NCBI GenBank assembly: GCA_005889475.1
Contig: VBGT01000078.1
Location: forward strand, 4,147-56,796
Direction of reading: 5' to 3'
From: Chloroflexota bacterium
GTDB lineage: Bacteria; Chloroflexota; Limnocylindria; Limnocylindrales; CSP1-4
DNA: 52,650 nucleotides
The position numbers and the translations under genes were made by a program. This document shows positions 35,712 to 45,397 of this stretch, piece by piece (within the stretch, counting starts at the first letter, position 1; the number at the start of each line of letters is the position of its first letter). The notes beneath the pieces were generated by a model. That model saw only the letters and a program-made list of their open reading frames with translations, had not been told where the DNA came from and made no database searches.

Positions 35712-36827
35712 GTGCGCCTCCCCTTCGATCCGCCGATCGCGCCCATGCTCGCCAAGCCGGCAGATGCGCTGCCCGAGGGGGACGGCTGGCTGTTCGAGCC
35801 GAAGTGGGACGGCTTTCGCGCCCTCGTCTTCCGCGATGGCGACGAGACGCTCATCCAGTCGCGCGACCTGAAGCCGCTCGACCGGTACTTCCCGGAGCTC
35901 GGCGAGCCCCTCCGGGCCTCGCTTCCGCCGCGCTGCGTCGTCGACGGGGAAGTCGTAATCGCGGGCGGCGGCGGGCTGGAGTTCGAGGCGCTTCTCCTGC
36001 GCATCCACCCGGCCGCCTCGCGGGTGCGGATGCTGGCCGAGCAATCGCCGGCGTCGTACGTGGCCTGGGACCTGCTCGCCCTCGACGACGCCGACCTTCG
36101 CAGCGTTGCCCAGGGCGAGCGACGGACGCGCCTCGAGGCCGCCCTGTCGGGCATGGCGACGCCACCGGTCCACCTCACCCCGGCGACGACCGATCGCGCG
36201 CTCGCCGTCGACTGGTTCGACCGCTTCGAGGGCGCCGGGCTCGACGGCGTGATCGCCAAGCGGCTCGATGGGACCTACCAGCCCGGCAAGCGGGCGATGA
36301 TCAAGGTCAAGCACCAGCGCACCGCGGATTGCGCTGTCGCCGGGTTCCGGTGGCACAAGAACGGGCCGGGAACGCACGTCGGCTCGTTGCTGCTTGGCCT
36401 CTTCGACGACGCCGGGAAGCTGCACCACGTCGGCGTCACGTCGTCGTTCTCGTGGGATCGCCGGGCCGCGCTCGCGAAGGAGCTCGAGCCCTTGCGCGAG
36501 AACGCGCTCGAAGGCCATCCCTGGGGTGAATGGGCGGAATGGGCGGCGTTGGGCGCGGCGGACGCGTCGGGCCAGCGGCTGCCAGGGGCCACGTCACGCT
36601 GGAACCGGGGCAAGGACCTGTCGTGGGAGCCGCTCCGCGTCGAGCGGGTCGCGGAGGTGGCCTACGATCACCTGCAGGGCGATCGATTCCGGCACGGGAC
36701 GACCTTCGTCCGCTGGCGCCCCGACAAACAGCCCGAGGCGTGCCGCTACGATCAGCTCGAGGAAACCGCGGCGTACGAGCTCGCGAAGATCTTCGGGAGC
36801 TCGACGAGCCAGCGAACGGGAGGGTAG
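35712..36827 (+). CDS. ligC: ATP-dependent DNA ligase, LigC type
   Basis: EPKWDGFR, DGEVV, LDGVIAK, KVKH.RTADC, VAEVAYD, FRH, RWRPDK. Confidence 0.9.
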   Translation: MRLPFDPPIAPMLAKPADALPEGDGWLFEPKWDGFRALVFRDGDETLIQSRDLKPLDRYFPELGEPLRASLPPRCVVDGEVVIAGGGGLEFEALLLRIHPAASRVRMLAEQSPASYVAWDLLALDDADLRSVAQGERRTRLEAALSGMATPPVHLTPATTDRALAVDWFDRFEGAGLDGVIAKRLDGTYQPGKRAMIKVKHQRTADCAVAGFRWHKNGPGTHVGSLLLGLFDDAGKLHHVGVTSSFSWDRRAALAKELEPLRENALEGHPWGEWAEWAALGAADASGQRLPGATSRWNRGKDLSWEPLRVERVAEVAYDHLQGDRFRHGTTFVRWRPDKQPEACRYDQLEETAAYELAKIFGSSTSQRTGG

Positions 36828-36831
36828 GGAC

Positions 36832-37527
36832 ATGACGGACGAGCGACCGCCGGAGGGCGCGCCGGAGTCGAGCGCGGACACCACGGACACCGCGGACACC
36901 GCGGTTGACGCGGCGAGCCAGGCGAGCGATCCGAGCCCGACGATACCCGCCTACACGCCGCCTGCGTACACGCCTCCACCCGTTCCGCCGCCGGCGATGC
37001 CCCAGCCGGCGATGGCCCAGCCGGCCGTCGCGTGGTCGGCACCGCCTGCCGTCGCTGTCGCCGGCAAGCGAACGACCCTGGCCATGGCCGCCGGGATCCT
37101 GTTGCTCATCGGCGGGATCGGGGGAATCCTCCTCGGCCTGCTCATCGCGGTCGTGGGCGGCACGGTCATCAGCAACCTGAACTTCGACCAGTACGGCTAT
37201 TTCCCCGAGCTCAGGGGGGCGGACCCGGGCGCGGTTGCGGGCGGGGTCGTCGTGTTCGTCGGCGCCATCATCGCCGCCTACAGCGTCGCGTACCTGCTGG
37301 CGGGCATCGGCGTGCTGCGAACCAGCAACTGGGCCCGGGTGCTCGGCATCGTCGTGGGGATCATCAGTGGCCTGATCTGGCTATCGGGCGTCAGCAGCGC
37401 CAGGCAGATCCCCAACGCGAGTGGCGCGGCCGGCCTCGGTGTCTTCTCGATCGTGATGCTTTTGGCTCACGCCTACATCGTGGTGGTGCTGCTCTTCTTC
37501 TGGCGGACCAGGGCCTCGACCGCCTAG
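36832..37527 (+). CDS. Membrane protein with Pro-rich N-terminus and about four TM helices
   Basis: Low-complexity N-terminus followed by hydrophobic segments. Confidence 0.7.
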   Translation: MTDERPPEGAPESSADTTDTADTAVDAASQASDPSPTIPAYTPPAYTPPPVPPPAMPQPAMAQPAVAWSAPPAVAVAGKRTTLAMAAGILLLIGGIGGILLGLLIAVVGGTVISNLNFDQYGYFPELRGADPGAVAGGVVVFVGAIIAAYSVAYLLAGIGVLRTSNWARVLGIVVGIISGLIWLSGVSSARQIPNASGAAGLGVFSIVMLLAHAYIVVVLLFFWRTRASTA

Positions 37528-38984
37528 CCGCTCCGTCGGGTGCGCGGCGCGCGCTCCAACTGGCCCGAGCGGTCCGGGAAGGCATATTCGGCCCACGGGT
37601 CGTAGTCCGGGTCGAGGGGCTCCTGGGCCGGGCGCTCAGCCTCGGGCACGTGGGTGAGATTCACGCGGACGCGGTACCACAGCGAGGACCGGCCGCGCAT
37701 GCCGTCGACCAGCACGTCCGGCTCCTCGAGCGCCGCGGCGGCCTTCGCATGGCGGGCCTTCCAGCGATCGAGGCCCGCGAGCGCCTCGGCTTTCGTCCTG
37801 GCCCGTGAGATCTCGATGACCGGGACGTTCGAGCGTCGGCGACCTGTGGGCGTCGGTCGCGTCCCGCCGCCGGCCTCCCGCTCGGCCTGGCGCCGCTCCA
37901 GCTCGGCGGCAAACCGGCGCTCCATCGCCGCGCGGTTCTTCTCGCGCTCCGCCGCGGCCTCGGGCGTGGCGTAGTCCTCGGTCGGCCGGCGCTGGCGTGA
38001 CGGCTGCACTCGCGGCGGCTCGCCCTCCTGCTTGCGGTAGTTCGGCGGCCACGGCGCGTCGCCCTCGCCCTGGGCCTCGTGCCGGCGCGACAGCTCGAGG
38101 AGCGCTTCCAGCGAGCCGACCGCCTCGTCGATTCCTGCCCCCGGGTCGCCGATCTCGGCAAACCGGGCCGGGACGGTGGAGATCGTGAATGCCTCGGCCT
38201 CGCAGGTGGGCACTTCGTCCCACGACAATGGCATCGAGACCCTGGCGTCCGGGAGCGGCCGGACCGAGTACGCAGAAGCGACCGTCCTGTCCTTCGCATT
38301 CTGGTTGTAGTCGAGGAACACGCCGTGGCGCTCCTCCTTCCACCACTTCGAGGTGGCGATGGCCGGAGCGCGTCGCTCGACGTCACGGGCGATCGCGAGC
38401 GCCGCCCGGCGCACCTCCGGATACGTCCAGCGCCGCTCGATCCGGACGTTGATGTGGATCCCGCGCGACCCTGATGTCTTCGGCCAGCCCACCAACCCGA
38501 CCGACTCGAGCGTTTCCTTCGTCACCATGGCGACGTCGCGGATCTGCGGCCAACCCACGCCGGGCACCGGGTCGAGGTCGACGCGCAGCTCGTCGGGGTG
38601 GTCGAGGTCGTCGGCCCGGACCGGGTGCGGGTTGAGGTCGATGCAGCCGAGGTTCACGATCCAGGCGAGGCCCGCCGCGTCGTCGACGACGATCTCGTCG
38701 GCCGTACGACCCGACGGGAAGGACAGGGTCACCGTCCGCAGCCACTCGGGCCGGTTCTCGGGCGCCCGCTTCTGGAAGAAGGCCTCGCCGCCGGCGCCGT
38801 TGACGAAGCGCTTCAGGGCCATGGGCCGGCCACCGGCGCCGGCCAGCGCCCCGGGCGCGACCGCGACGTAATACCGGACGAGATCGAGCTTGGTCGCCCC
38901 GATGGCCTCGAAGAAGACCTTGCCCGGATTCGTGATCACGACCTCGCGATCCCCGAACCGGAGGACCTCCTGCTCCTTCGGCAT
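37524..38984 (-). CDS. Stand-alone LigD-type primase-polymerase (PolD2-like, with C-terminal extension)
   Basis: ITNPGK, FFQKR, DELRVDLDP, KTSGSRGIH, DYNQN, SAYSVR; tail DGMRGRSSLWYRVRVNL. Confidence 0.88.
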   Translation of the reverse strand: MPKEQEVLRFGDREVVITNPGKVFFEAIGATKLDLVRYYVAVAPGALAGAGGRPMALKRFVNGAGGEAFFQKRAPENRPEWLRTVTLSFPSGRTADEIVVDDAAGLAWIVNLGCIDLNPHPVRADDLDHPDELRVDLDPVPGVGWPQIRDVAMVTKETLESVGLVGWPKTSGSRGIHINVRIERRWTYPEVRRAALAIARDVERRAPAIATSKWWKEERHGVFLDYNQNAKDRTVASAYSVRPLPDARVSMPLSWDEVPTCEAEAFTISTVPARFAEIGDPGAGIDEAVGSLEALLELSRRHEAQGEGDAPWPPNYRKQEGEPPRVQPSRQRRPTEDYATPEAAAEREKNRAAMERRFAAELERRQAEREAGGGTRPTPTGRRRSNVPVIEISRARTKAEALAGLDRWKARHAKAAAALEEPDVLVDGMRGRSSLWYRVRVNLTHVPEAERPAQEPLDPDYDPWAEYAFPDRSGQLERAPRTRRSG

Positions 38985-39002
38985 GCCCGGATGCTAGCGT
39001 GC

Positions 39003-39029
39003 TGTCGATTCGCAGACGCCGTTTTCGTC
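39003..39029 (+). promoter_or_regulatory. ECF42-type promoter
   Basis: TGTCGA-N17-CGTC upstream of the DGPF gene. Confidence 0.65.
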
Positions 39030-39075
39030 GATCCCGTGCGGGCGGCGAGGTGCGCCGCCGATGGAGGTCCGATCG

Positions 39076-39441
39076 ATGCGCTACCTGGTCCTGATCTACG
39101 ACGAGGAGACGGCGAACCCATCGCCGGAGCCGCCAGACCCCGAGCTCTGGGCCAAGACGATGGGCGAGTACAACGGCTACTCGAAAATGCTCCGCGACCG
39201 CGGGGCGTACGAGGCCGGCGAGGCGCTCCAGCCGGTCACGACGGCCACGACGATCCGCGTCCGTGACGGCCAGGCGATGACCACGGACGGGCCGTTCGCC
39301 GAGACCAAGGAAGCGCTCGGCGGCTTTTACCTCATCGAGGCGCGGGACCTCGACGAGGCGCTCGAGCTCGGCGCGGCCTGCCCCGGCGCGAAGTACGGCT
39401 CGATTGAGGTCCGGCCGATCCAGGAGCTGCCGTCCGCATGA
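39076..39441 (+). CDS. YciI/DGPF-family protein
   Basis: [16 protein letters not shown]; SD GGAGG. Confidence 0.92.
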   Translation: MRYLVLIYDEETANPSPEPPDPELWAKTMGEYNGYSKMLRDRGAYEAGEALQPVTTATTIRVRDGQAMTTDGPFAETKEALGGFYLIEARDLDEALELGAACPGAKYGSIEVRPIQELPSA

Positions 39442-39466
39442 CCGGGAGCGCCCAGACTCGGACCGC

Positions 39467-40744
39467 TTGACCGGAGCCAGCGCCGCCCACGAGCTCGTCG
39501 ATCGCCTGTTCCGCGAGGAATCGGGTCGAGTGGTCGCGACGCTGATCCGCGTGCTCGGTGACTTCGACCTCGCCGAGGAGGCGGTCCAGGATGCGTTCGC
39601 CAGGGCAATCGAGGTCTGGCCGGTCCAGGGCGTGCCGCGCAATCCCGCGGCATGGATCACGACGACGGCGCGCAACGCGGCGATCGACCGGATCCGGCGC
39701 ACGAGGCGGCTCATCGAGAAGACCGAGCAGCTGCGACGCGACGCAGAGGTCGAGGGGACTGCCGGGGGTGGATGGGGCGACGAGATGAGAGGGACGGACG
39801 GCATCGACGATCGACTGCGACTGATCTTCACCTGCTGCCACCCGGCGCTCGCGCCGGAGGCGCAGGTCGCGCTCACGCTGCGCACGTTGGGTGGCCTGAC
39901 CACGCCGGAGATCGCCAGGGCGTTCCTCGTCCCCGAGGCGACCCTCGCGCAGCGGCTCGTGCGGGCCAAACGCAAGATCCGCGATGCCCGCATCCCGTAC
40001 CGCGTGCCGCCCGCCGATGTCCTGCCGGAGCGGCTCGACGCGGTGCTGCGCGTGCTGTACCTGATCTTCAACGAGGGCTACAGCGCGACCATGGGGGACG
40101 CGCTCATCCGGCGCGAGCTCTCGGCCGAGGCCATTCGGCTGGGCCGGATCCTGGCCGAGCTGCTGCCCGACGAGCCGGAGGGCCTCGGGCTGCTGGCGCT
40201 CATGCTCCTCCACGACGCCCGCCGCGAGGCCCGCACCGGATCCGCCGGCGAGCTCGTCCTGCTCGAGGACCAGGATCGATCGCGCTGGGACGGCGACGAG
40301 ATCGACGAGGGCCGAGTGCTGCTCGAGCGAGCGCTCCGGCTCGGCAGGCCCGGCGCATACCAGGTCCAGGCGGCCATCGCCGCGCTCCACGACGCGGCCG
40401 CGCAGGCGGGCGACACGGATTGGCGCCAGATCGCGGCGCTCTACGCGCGCCTGGCGCGGCTCGCGCCATCGCCGGTCGTCGAGCTGAACCGGGCCGTCGC
40501 GATCGCCATGGCGGAGGGGCCCGAGGCGGGCCTCACCCTGCTCGACGCGCTCGCCGGCGACGATCGCCTCGCGACCTATCCATATTTCCAGTCCGCCCGC
40601 GCCGATCTCCTCCGCCGTCTCGGCCGCCGTGCCGCCGCGGCGGACGCGTACCGCGCCGCGCTGGCGTTGACGTCGAACGAGGTCGAGCGGGCGTTCCTGG
40701 CGCGCCGGCTGGCCGAGGTCGAGGGTTCGTCCAGGCCGAACTGA
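39467..40744 (+). CDS. ECF sigma factor with TPR-like C-terminal extension (ECF42)
   Basis: [44 protein letters not shown]; downstream of the DGPF gene. Confidence 0.9.
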   Translation: MTGASAAHELVDRLFREESGRVVATLIRVLGDFDLAEEAVQDAFARAIEVWPVQGVPRNPAAWITTTARNAAIDRIRRTRRLIEKTEQLRRDAEVEGTAGGGWGDEMRGTDGIDDRLRLIFTCCHPALAPEAQVALTLRTLGGLTTPEIARAFLVPEATLAQRLVRAKRKIRDARIPYRVPPADVLPERLDAVLRVLYLIFNEGYSATMGDALIRRELSAEAIRLGRILAELLPDEPEGLGLLALMLLHDARREARTGSAGELVLLEDQDRSRWDGDEIDEGRVLLERALRLGRPGAYQVQAAIAALHDAAAQAGDTDWRQIAALYARLARLAPSPVVELNRAVAIAMAEGPEAGLTLLDALAGDDRLATYPYFQSARADLLRRLGRRAAAADAYRAALALTSNEVERAFLARRLAEVEGSSRPN

Positions 40745-40769
40745 CGCGGCCACTCGCGGATGGGCTGGC

Positions 40770-41165
40770 TCAGCCCGCTTCGAGACCCTTTGGCGCCTCG
40801 CGCATCAACCCGATGTTGTTGCCGTCCGGATCTGCGACGAAGGCGAGCCACAGGTCGTACTCGGGGTCGCGATGCACGACCTCGGGTCGCTCGCGGACGG
40901 TCGCGCCGCGCGACTTCAGCAGGCCGAGCGTCGCGGTCACGTCGGCGACCCGGAAGTAGATCGTCGCTGCGCCGTCGTAGCCGGGCTCGGTCGGTCGCGC
41001 CAGGTACAGCCGCACGCCTGCGACGTCGAAGAAGGCGTTCCCGGGATAGCGGAACAGCAGCGGCAGGCCGAGCACGTGCTCGTAGAACTCGGCGGCGCGG
41101 TCGACATCGGACACTGGGACGAGGATCTGCATGATCGGTCCGAGCGGGCGGTCGGGTTCGGGCAT
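40770..41165 (-). CDS. VOC/glyoxalase-family protein
   Basis: VSDVDRAAEFYEHVLGL, IYFRV, DPDGN. Confidence 0.88.
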   Translation of the reverse strand: MPEPDRPLGPIMQILVPVSDVDRAAEFYEHVLGLPLLFRYPGNAFFDVAGVRLYLARPTEPGYDGAATIYFRVADVTATLGLLKSRGATVRERPEVVHRDPEYDLWLAFVADPDGNNIGLMREAPKGLEAG

Positions 41166-41351
41166 GGCACCCCCTTTGCTGGCGGAGACTGTAGGCATTG
41201 GGGATCCGCCCGGGGGGCGCCGCCCGCGATCAGTCGTCCGAGACGATCCGGAAGTCGCGGGCGTCGGGATGTGCGACCCGATCGAGGTCGAGACCAGGAG
41301 GGTTGGGCGCGACTGACGCCGTCCCTCGGCTCGGGTCAGCCCGGCGGGCCG

Positions 41352-44201
41352 TCAGCGGAAGACGATCAGCTGCGGATCGCGCCCGGTCTCGCGGCTCGCG
41401 AACCGCGTCGTGGTCGCCGCGTTGCCCTGAATGGCGAAGGTGTACGTGCCGTTGCCGCCAATGACCTTACCTAGGTCGAGCTCGAGCCATGTCCCGAGCG
41501 TCGCGTGCGACGCCGTCGCGCGCTTCGAGATGAGCCCAGGCTTGTTCCGCCAGGTGATCCCCGTCTCGGTCCATGAGGCGCCTGCCCGGTACACGCTGAT
41601 GCCGGTGCTGCTCGGGTCCGTCACCCACAACCGGAGCCGCACATCGGTCGCGGGCCCCGTCAGGCCCGAAACGTTGAACTTGAGGTAGGACCGCTCGGCG
41701 CCGAGGAACGCCCGCAGGTTCGACCTCTTGCCGTAGTTCGTGCCCGGTGAGCTCTTGCGCACGAACGCGTCGGCAATCGGCGTAACGGTGAACGAGCTGA
41801 GCACGTAGCTGGCCGTGTACGTCGAGGGCGAGGCACCCGCAATCACCGCCTGTGACCTCGAGCCGCCGTTCGACCACGCCTGGAACTTGTAGCCATGTCC
41901 GTTCAGGGTCTGGAGGACGGGCGCGGTCACGATGTTCTTCGAGCCGACGATCACGGTCCGGTCGAACGGCGCGGTGGCCTGGGCGTCGTTGAAGACGAGC
42001 TGCAACCCGGTCGGGGACGAGTGCAGGGACAGGGTCACGGTCTGCGGATCGAGCTCGACCGACGTAGACGCCTTGATCCCTCCGCTATCGGTCGCGGTCA
42101 AGGTGAGCACGAGATGCGATGGATACTCGTGGTCGGGTGCCGCGAACGACCCGCTGGCGATCCCCGGCCAGGTCTGGACGTCGTGCGGGTGGCAGGTCGA
42201 CGGGCAGTGCAGGATCGTGAGGTCCCAGCTCAGCGCGGCTGCCGGCAGCGCTCCGTCCTGCGCGTCCGTCGCCGATCCGCTGAACGAGATCGGGTCACCG
42301 ACCTTCCAGGTCAGCGAGGCGGAGGGGCTGGAGATCATCGGGACGGGCGGATCGTTGCCGGCGCTGATCAGCTTCGTCGCTGTCTCGCTCGCGCCGTCGA
42401 TGTCGGTCACCTGCAGCCCGACGTGGACGTTCCCCGCGGCGTTGTAGGTGTGGGTCGTCGACACGCCGGTCGCGTCGTCATAGACGCCGTCGCCGTCGAG
42501 ATCCCACGCATAGGTCAGTGCGAGGCCCTCGGGATCGGCGGAGCCGCTCGCGTCGAAGGTCACGTCCAGTGGCGTCGCGCCGCTCGTCGGGGTTGCGGTG
42601 AACGAGGCGGTCGGCGGCTGGTTGCCGGCGATCCAGCTGATCCGCCGGATCGTGCCGCCCACGAGGTCGACATAGAACAGGGCGCCGTTCGGGCCGATGG
42701 CCAGGTCGACGGGACTCGCCGCGGCCTCGACGAATGGCTGGCGCGCCGAGGTGTCGGGCTGTCCGTTGGAGCCCTCGGGGATGTACCAGATGCAGTTGCG
42801 GCTGTAGTCCGCGAAGAAGAGCGCCCCGTTGAACGAGGACGGGAACATGCCCCCTGACTCGGGATAGAAGGCAAGGCCGGTGAGCGAGGAGCTGCCGGTC
42901 GGGCAGGCGTCGGTCGAGACCACCTTGGCCGAGTGTTGGTACGCGTAGTAGGCATTGCTGACGGCGCCCGAGCCCTCGGCGTACAGGCCCTCGCACAGAT
43001 CCAGACCGGCGCTGTGGTAGCTCGGCTGCATCGAGGTGTACTCGTAGCACGGCCAGCCGAAGTTCTCGGCGATGTTGTCGGTCATGTTCGGGATCCTGTC
43101 GATCTCCTCCCATTGGTTCCACCCGACGTCGCCCACCCAGAGCTCGTTGGTACCCGGTCGCGCCGTGATCCGGAAGGCATTTCGCAGCCCGTACGCGATG
43201 ATCCGCCGGGCGTTCGCGTCAGTGCTCGCTGCAAAAGGATTGCCCGGCATCCCCGCGCCGGTCGCCGGATTCAGCCGGAGGATCGCGCCGTCGAGGCCCG
43301 TCGGGTCGCCGGTGGTCCGCATGTCCTGGACTCGAAGGGCCCCGCCCTCCGCGGCAGGCGGCGCCATGTCGCCGCCGGGCGGATCGTTGCACGGGTTCTT
43401 CGGCGTGACGACCGGATTGGTGGTGCCACCGAACTGTCCCCAGTCCGCCGCGTTGAAGTTCGAGCCGTCGCCCTCGCTGGCGTACAGCGCGCCGTCTGGC
43501 CCGAAGAGGAGCGTGCCCGCGGAGTGGCTCGGGAACTGTTGGCACCAGTCCTCGACCAGGACCTGCTCGCCGGGGCTGATCGTGTTGCCGTTCACGGCGA
43601 GCCGCGCGAGGCGGCTGCTGGCGACGCAGCCGTCGGTCGTCGGGCCGGGCGGAGTCGGACACGTGTCGCCCCAGCGCGGGGCGGGGTCCGGGCTGCCGAG
43701 GATGTGGTCGTACGTGTACAGCACGTACAGGTAGCCGGTCGGATTCCCGGCCGCAAGGTTCGGGTCGAGGGCCAGGCCGAGCAGCCCGCGGTCCCAGTAG
43801 TCGAACACATCGGGGGTGAGGCCGCTGAAGACCGTTGGCGTCTGGTCGGCGAGGTTGTCGAAGATCTTGATCCTGCCGCTCTTCTCGGCAACGAAGACGC
43901 GGCCGTCCGCGGCGAATCGGAGGGCCGTCGGGTTCACCAGTCCCGACCAGACCACGGACTCGTGGAACCCTGCGGGTACCGTCCCGGCCGCCGCCACCTG
44001 GGGGCTCGCCGGCTGGCAGGCAGCCTTGTCCGGTTGGGCGCTGGCGTCCAGGAAGGCGATCGGGCAGGGCGTCGAGCCGGGCTGGGCGGCCGCGGCGGGC
44101 CGGCCGGCGATCGGCTGCAGCAAGGTGCCGCCGAGGACGACGGCGGCGACGAGGGCGACGAGCTTCGGCCGGCCAACCTTCGTCGGAGCGCCTGCGCGCA
44201 T
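41352..44201 (-). CDS. Secreted PQQ-dependent sugar dehydrogenase-like beta-propeller with PKD and C-terminal DNRLRE/CBM96-like domains
   Basis: RGLLGLALDP, FGPDGALY, YGLRN, DVGW..WEE; PKD TYAWDLDGDG; ADAFVR..PGTNYG. Confidence 0.8.
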   Translation of the reverse strand: MRAGAPTKVGRPKLVALVAAVVLGGTLLQPIAGRPAAAAQPGSTPCPIAFLDASAQPDKAACQPASPQVAAAGTVPAGFHESVVWSGLVNPTALRFAADGRVFVAEKSGRIKIFDNLADQTPTVFSGLTPDVFDYWDRGLLGLALDPNLAAGNPTGYLYVLYTYDHILGSPDPAPRWGDTCPTPPGPTTDGCVASSRLARLAVNGNTISPGEQVLVEDWCQQFPSHSAGTLLFGPDGALYASEGDGSNFNAADWGQFGGTTNPVVTPKNPCNDPPGGDMAPPAAEGGALRVQDMRTTGDPTGLDGAILRLNPATGAGMPGNPFAASTDANARRIIAYGLRNAFRITARPGTNELWVGDVGWNQWEEIDRIPNMTDNIAENFGWPCYEYTSMQPSYHSAGLDLCEGLYAEGSGAVSNAYYAYQHSAKVVSTDACPTGSSSLTGLAFYPESGGMFPSSFNGALFFADYSRNCIWYIPEGSNGQPDTSARQPFVEAAASPVDLAIGPNGALFYVDLVGGTIRRISWIAGNQPPTASFTATPTSGATPLDVTFDASGSADPEGLALTYAWDLDGDGVYDDATGVSTTHTYNAAGNVHVGLQVTDIDGASETATKLISAGNDPPVPMISSPSASLTWKVGDPISFSGSATDAQDGALPAAALSWDLTILHCPSTCHPHDVQTWPGIASGSFAAPDHEYPSHLVLTLTATDSGGIKASTSVELDPQTVTLSLHSSPTGLQLVFNDAQATAPFDRTVIVGSKNIVTAPVLQTLNGHGYKFQAWSNGGSRSQAVIAGASPSTYTASYVLSSFTVTPIADAFVRKSSPGTNYGKRSNLRAFLGAERSYLKFNVSGLTGPATDVRLRLWVTDPSSTGISVYRAGASWTETGITWRNKPGLISKRATASHATLGTWLELDLGKVIGGNGTYTFAIQGNAATTTRFASRETGRDPQLIVFR

Positions 44202-44325
44202 AGTCCTCCGCCTCGAGACGCGTCCTCCGATCGCGTCACGGAGGCCGACTATAGGACCTTCGGGGTCCTGCTGGCAGTACCCGAGCCGTCGTCTGCGGTG
44301 CGGTCGGGCACCGCGCTCGCGGCGA

Positions 44326-45324
44326 TCAGCGTCGGCGAGGGCGGCGCGCCCGTCGCAAGGAGACCACCAGCCCGATCGAGACGAGGACGAGCAGCGCCGC
44401 GGTGAGCACGATCGGCGGCTCGAGCCCGAACCACGTCCCGGCCGGTGCAGCCGGCGGTGAGATCGGGGCTCCCATCGAATCCGTACCGCTCGGCGTCGTC
44501 GTCGGCGCAGCCGCCGGGGCTGCCGGCGCCGGAGGGATCTCCCCCGGCGGCGGGCTCGCCGCGGTCGACCCGGACGGCGCCGGTGATGCGGTCGAGACAT
44601 GCTCCCCGGTCTTCGGGTCGACGGTCGTGTAATGCGACCAGAGGTATTCCCGCGTCGTGAGCCCGGAGTCGTGGATCTCCGCGGCCAGATCGCGCCCGAA
44701 GTAGCGGTAGTGCCAGGGCTCGTAGCTGTAGCAGGTGCGGTCCTGCTTGCCCCTCGGGTAGCTCATCAGCCAGCCGAACTTCCAGGCGTTCTTGGCCAGC
44801 CAGCGACCCGTCGGTGTCGTCTCCGACACGAATTTGGAGGTCCCCGCGGCCGCGAAGTCGATGACCAGGCCGAGCTGGTGCTCCGAGTGGCCGGGTCGGG
44901 CCGAGAAGTTGATTGCTCTGTCGAAGCCGTAGCCCTTCGCGTAGCTGTTGAACAGCGCCTTCTGCGTCCTGTAGCTGCGATACGCGCTCACGTTGCCGAG
45001 CGGCGTGCCATCCGCCCGGGCGGCACCGGCCATCGCCTCGAGGTCGTCGAAGGCGACCTTGCGGATCTGTCCGCCGCCGGTCACCCCCGCCCGGCTGATC
45101 GAGACGAGGTCCGGCGGCTTGTACCCAGGCCCAACGCTCAGGATCCAGTCGACCAGCGTGTGGCTCCAGTCGTCGTAGCCACGCGGGATCGTCAGGATGT
45201 CGTCCAGGCGACACTCGGGCAGCGACCCGACCCCGATCGCCGGTGACGGCGACGCGGCCGGGACGATCAGGAGTGCGACGCCGAGCGCGAGCGACGCGGT
45301 GAGTGCACGCGCGGTCCGGAGCAT
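44326..45324 (-). CDS. M15B (VanY-like) D,D-carboxypeptidase with C-terminal membrane anchor
   Basis: SAYRS, SARPGHSEHQLGLVID, EPWHYRY; signal peptide. Confidence 0.88.
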   Translation of the reverse strand: MLRTARALTASLALGVALLIVPAASPSPAIGVGSLPECRLDDILTIPRGYDDWSHTLVDWILSVGPGYKPPDLVSISRAGVTGGGQIRKVAFDDLEAMAGAARADGTPLGNVSAYRSYRTQKALFNSYAKGYGFDRAINFSARPGHSEHQLGLVIDFAAAGTSKFVSETTPTGRWLAKNAWKFGWLMSYPRGKQDRTCYSYEPWHYRYFGRDLAAEIHDSGLTTREYLWSHYTTVDPKTGEHVSTASPAPSGSTAASPPPGEIPPAPAAPAAAPTTTPSGTDSMGAPISPPAAPAGTWFGLEPPIVLTAALLVLVSIGLVVSLRRARRPRRR

Positions 45325-45397
45325 CCGGGGCAGCCTAGCCGAGGGTCTGCCTGCCTGCCATCGGCGCTGCGATCCCCCCGGCCCTACCATCCGCGGC

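Noticed and set aside
41352-44600. 1082-aa version of the PQQ/PKD protein
   Set aside because: The extension overlaps the M15 gene; the SD and signal peptide support ATG 44201
44326-45324. VanY as a glycopeptide resistance gene
   Set aside because: No vanHAX or vanRS cluster; consistent with a housekeeping M15B peptidase
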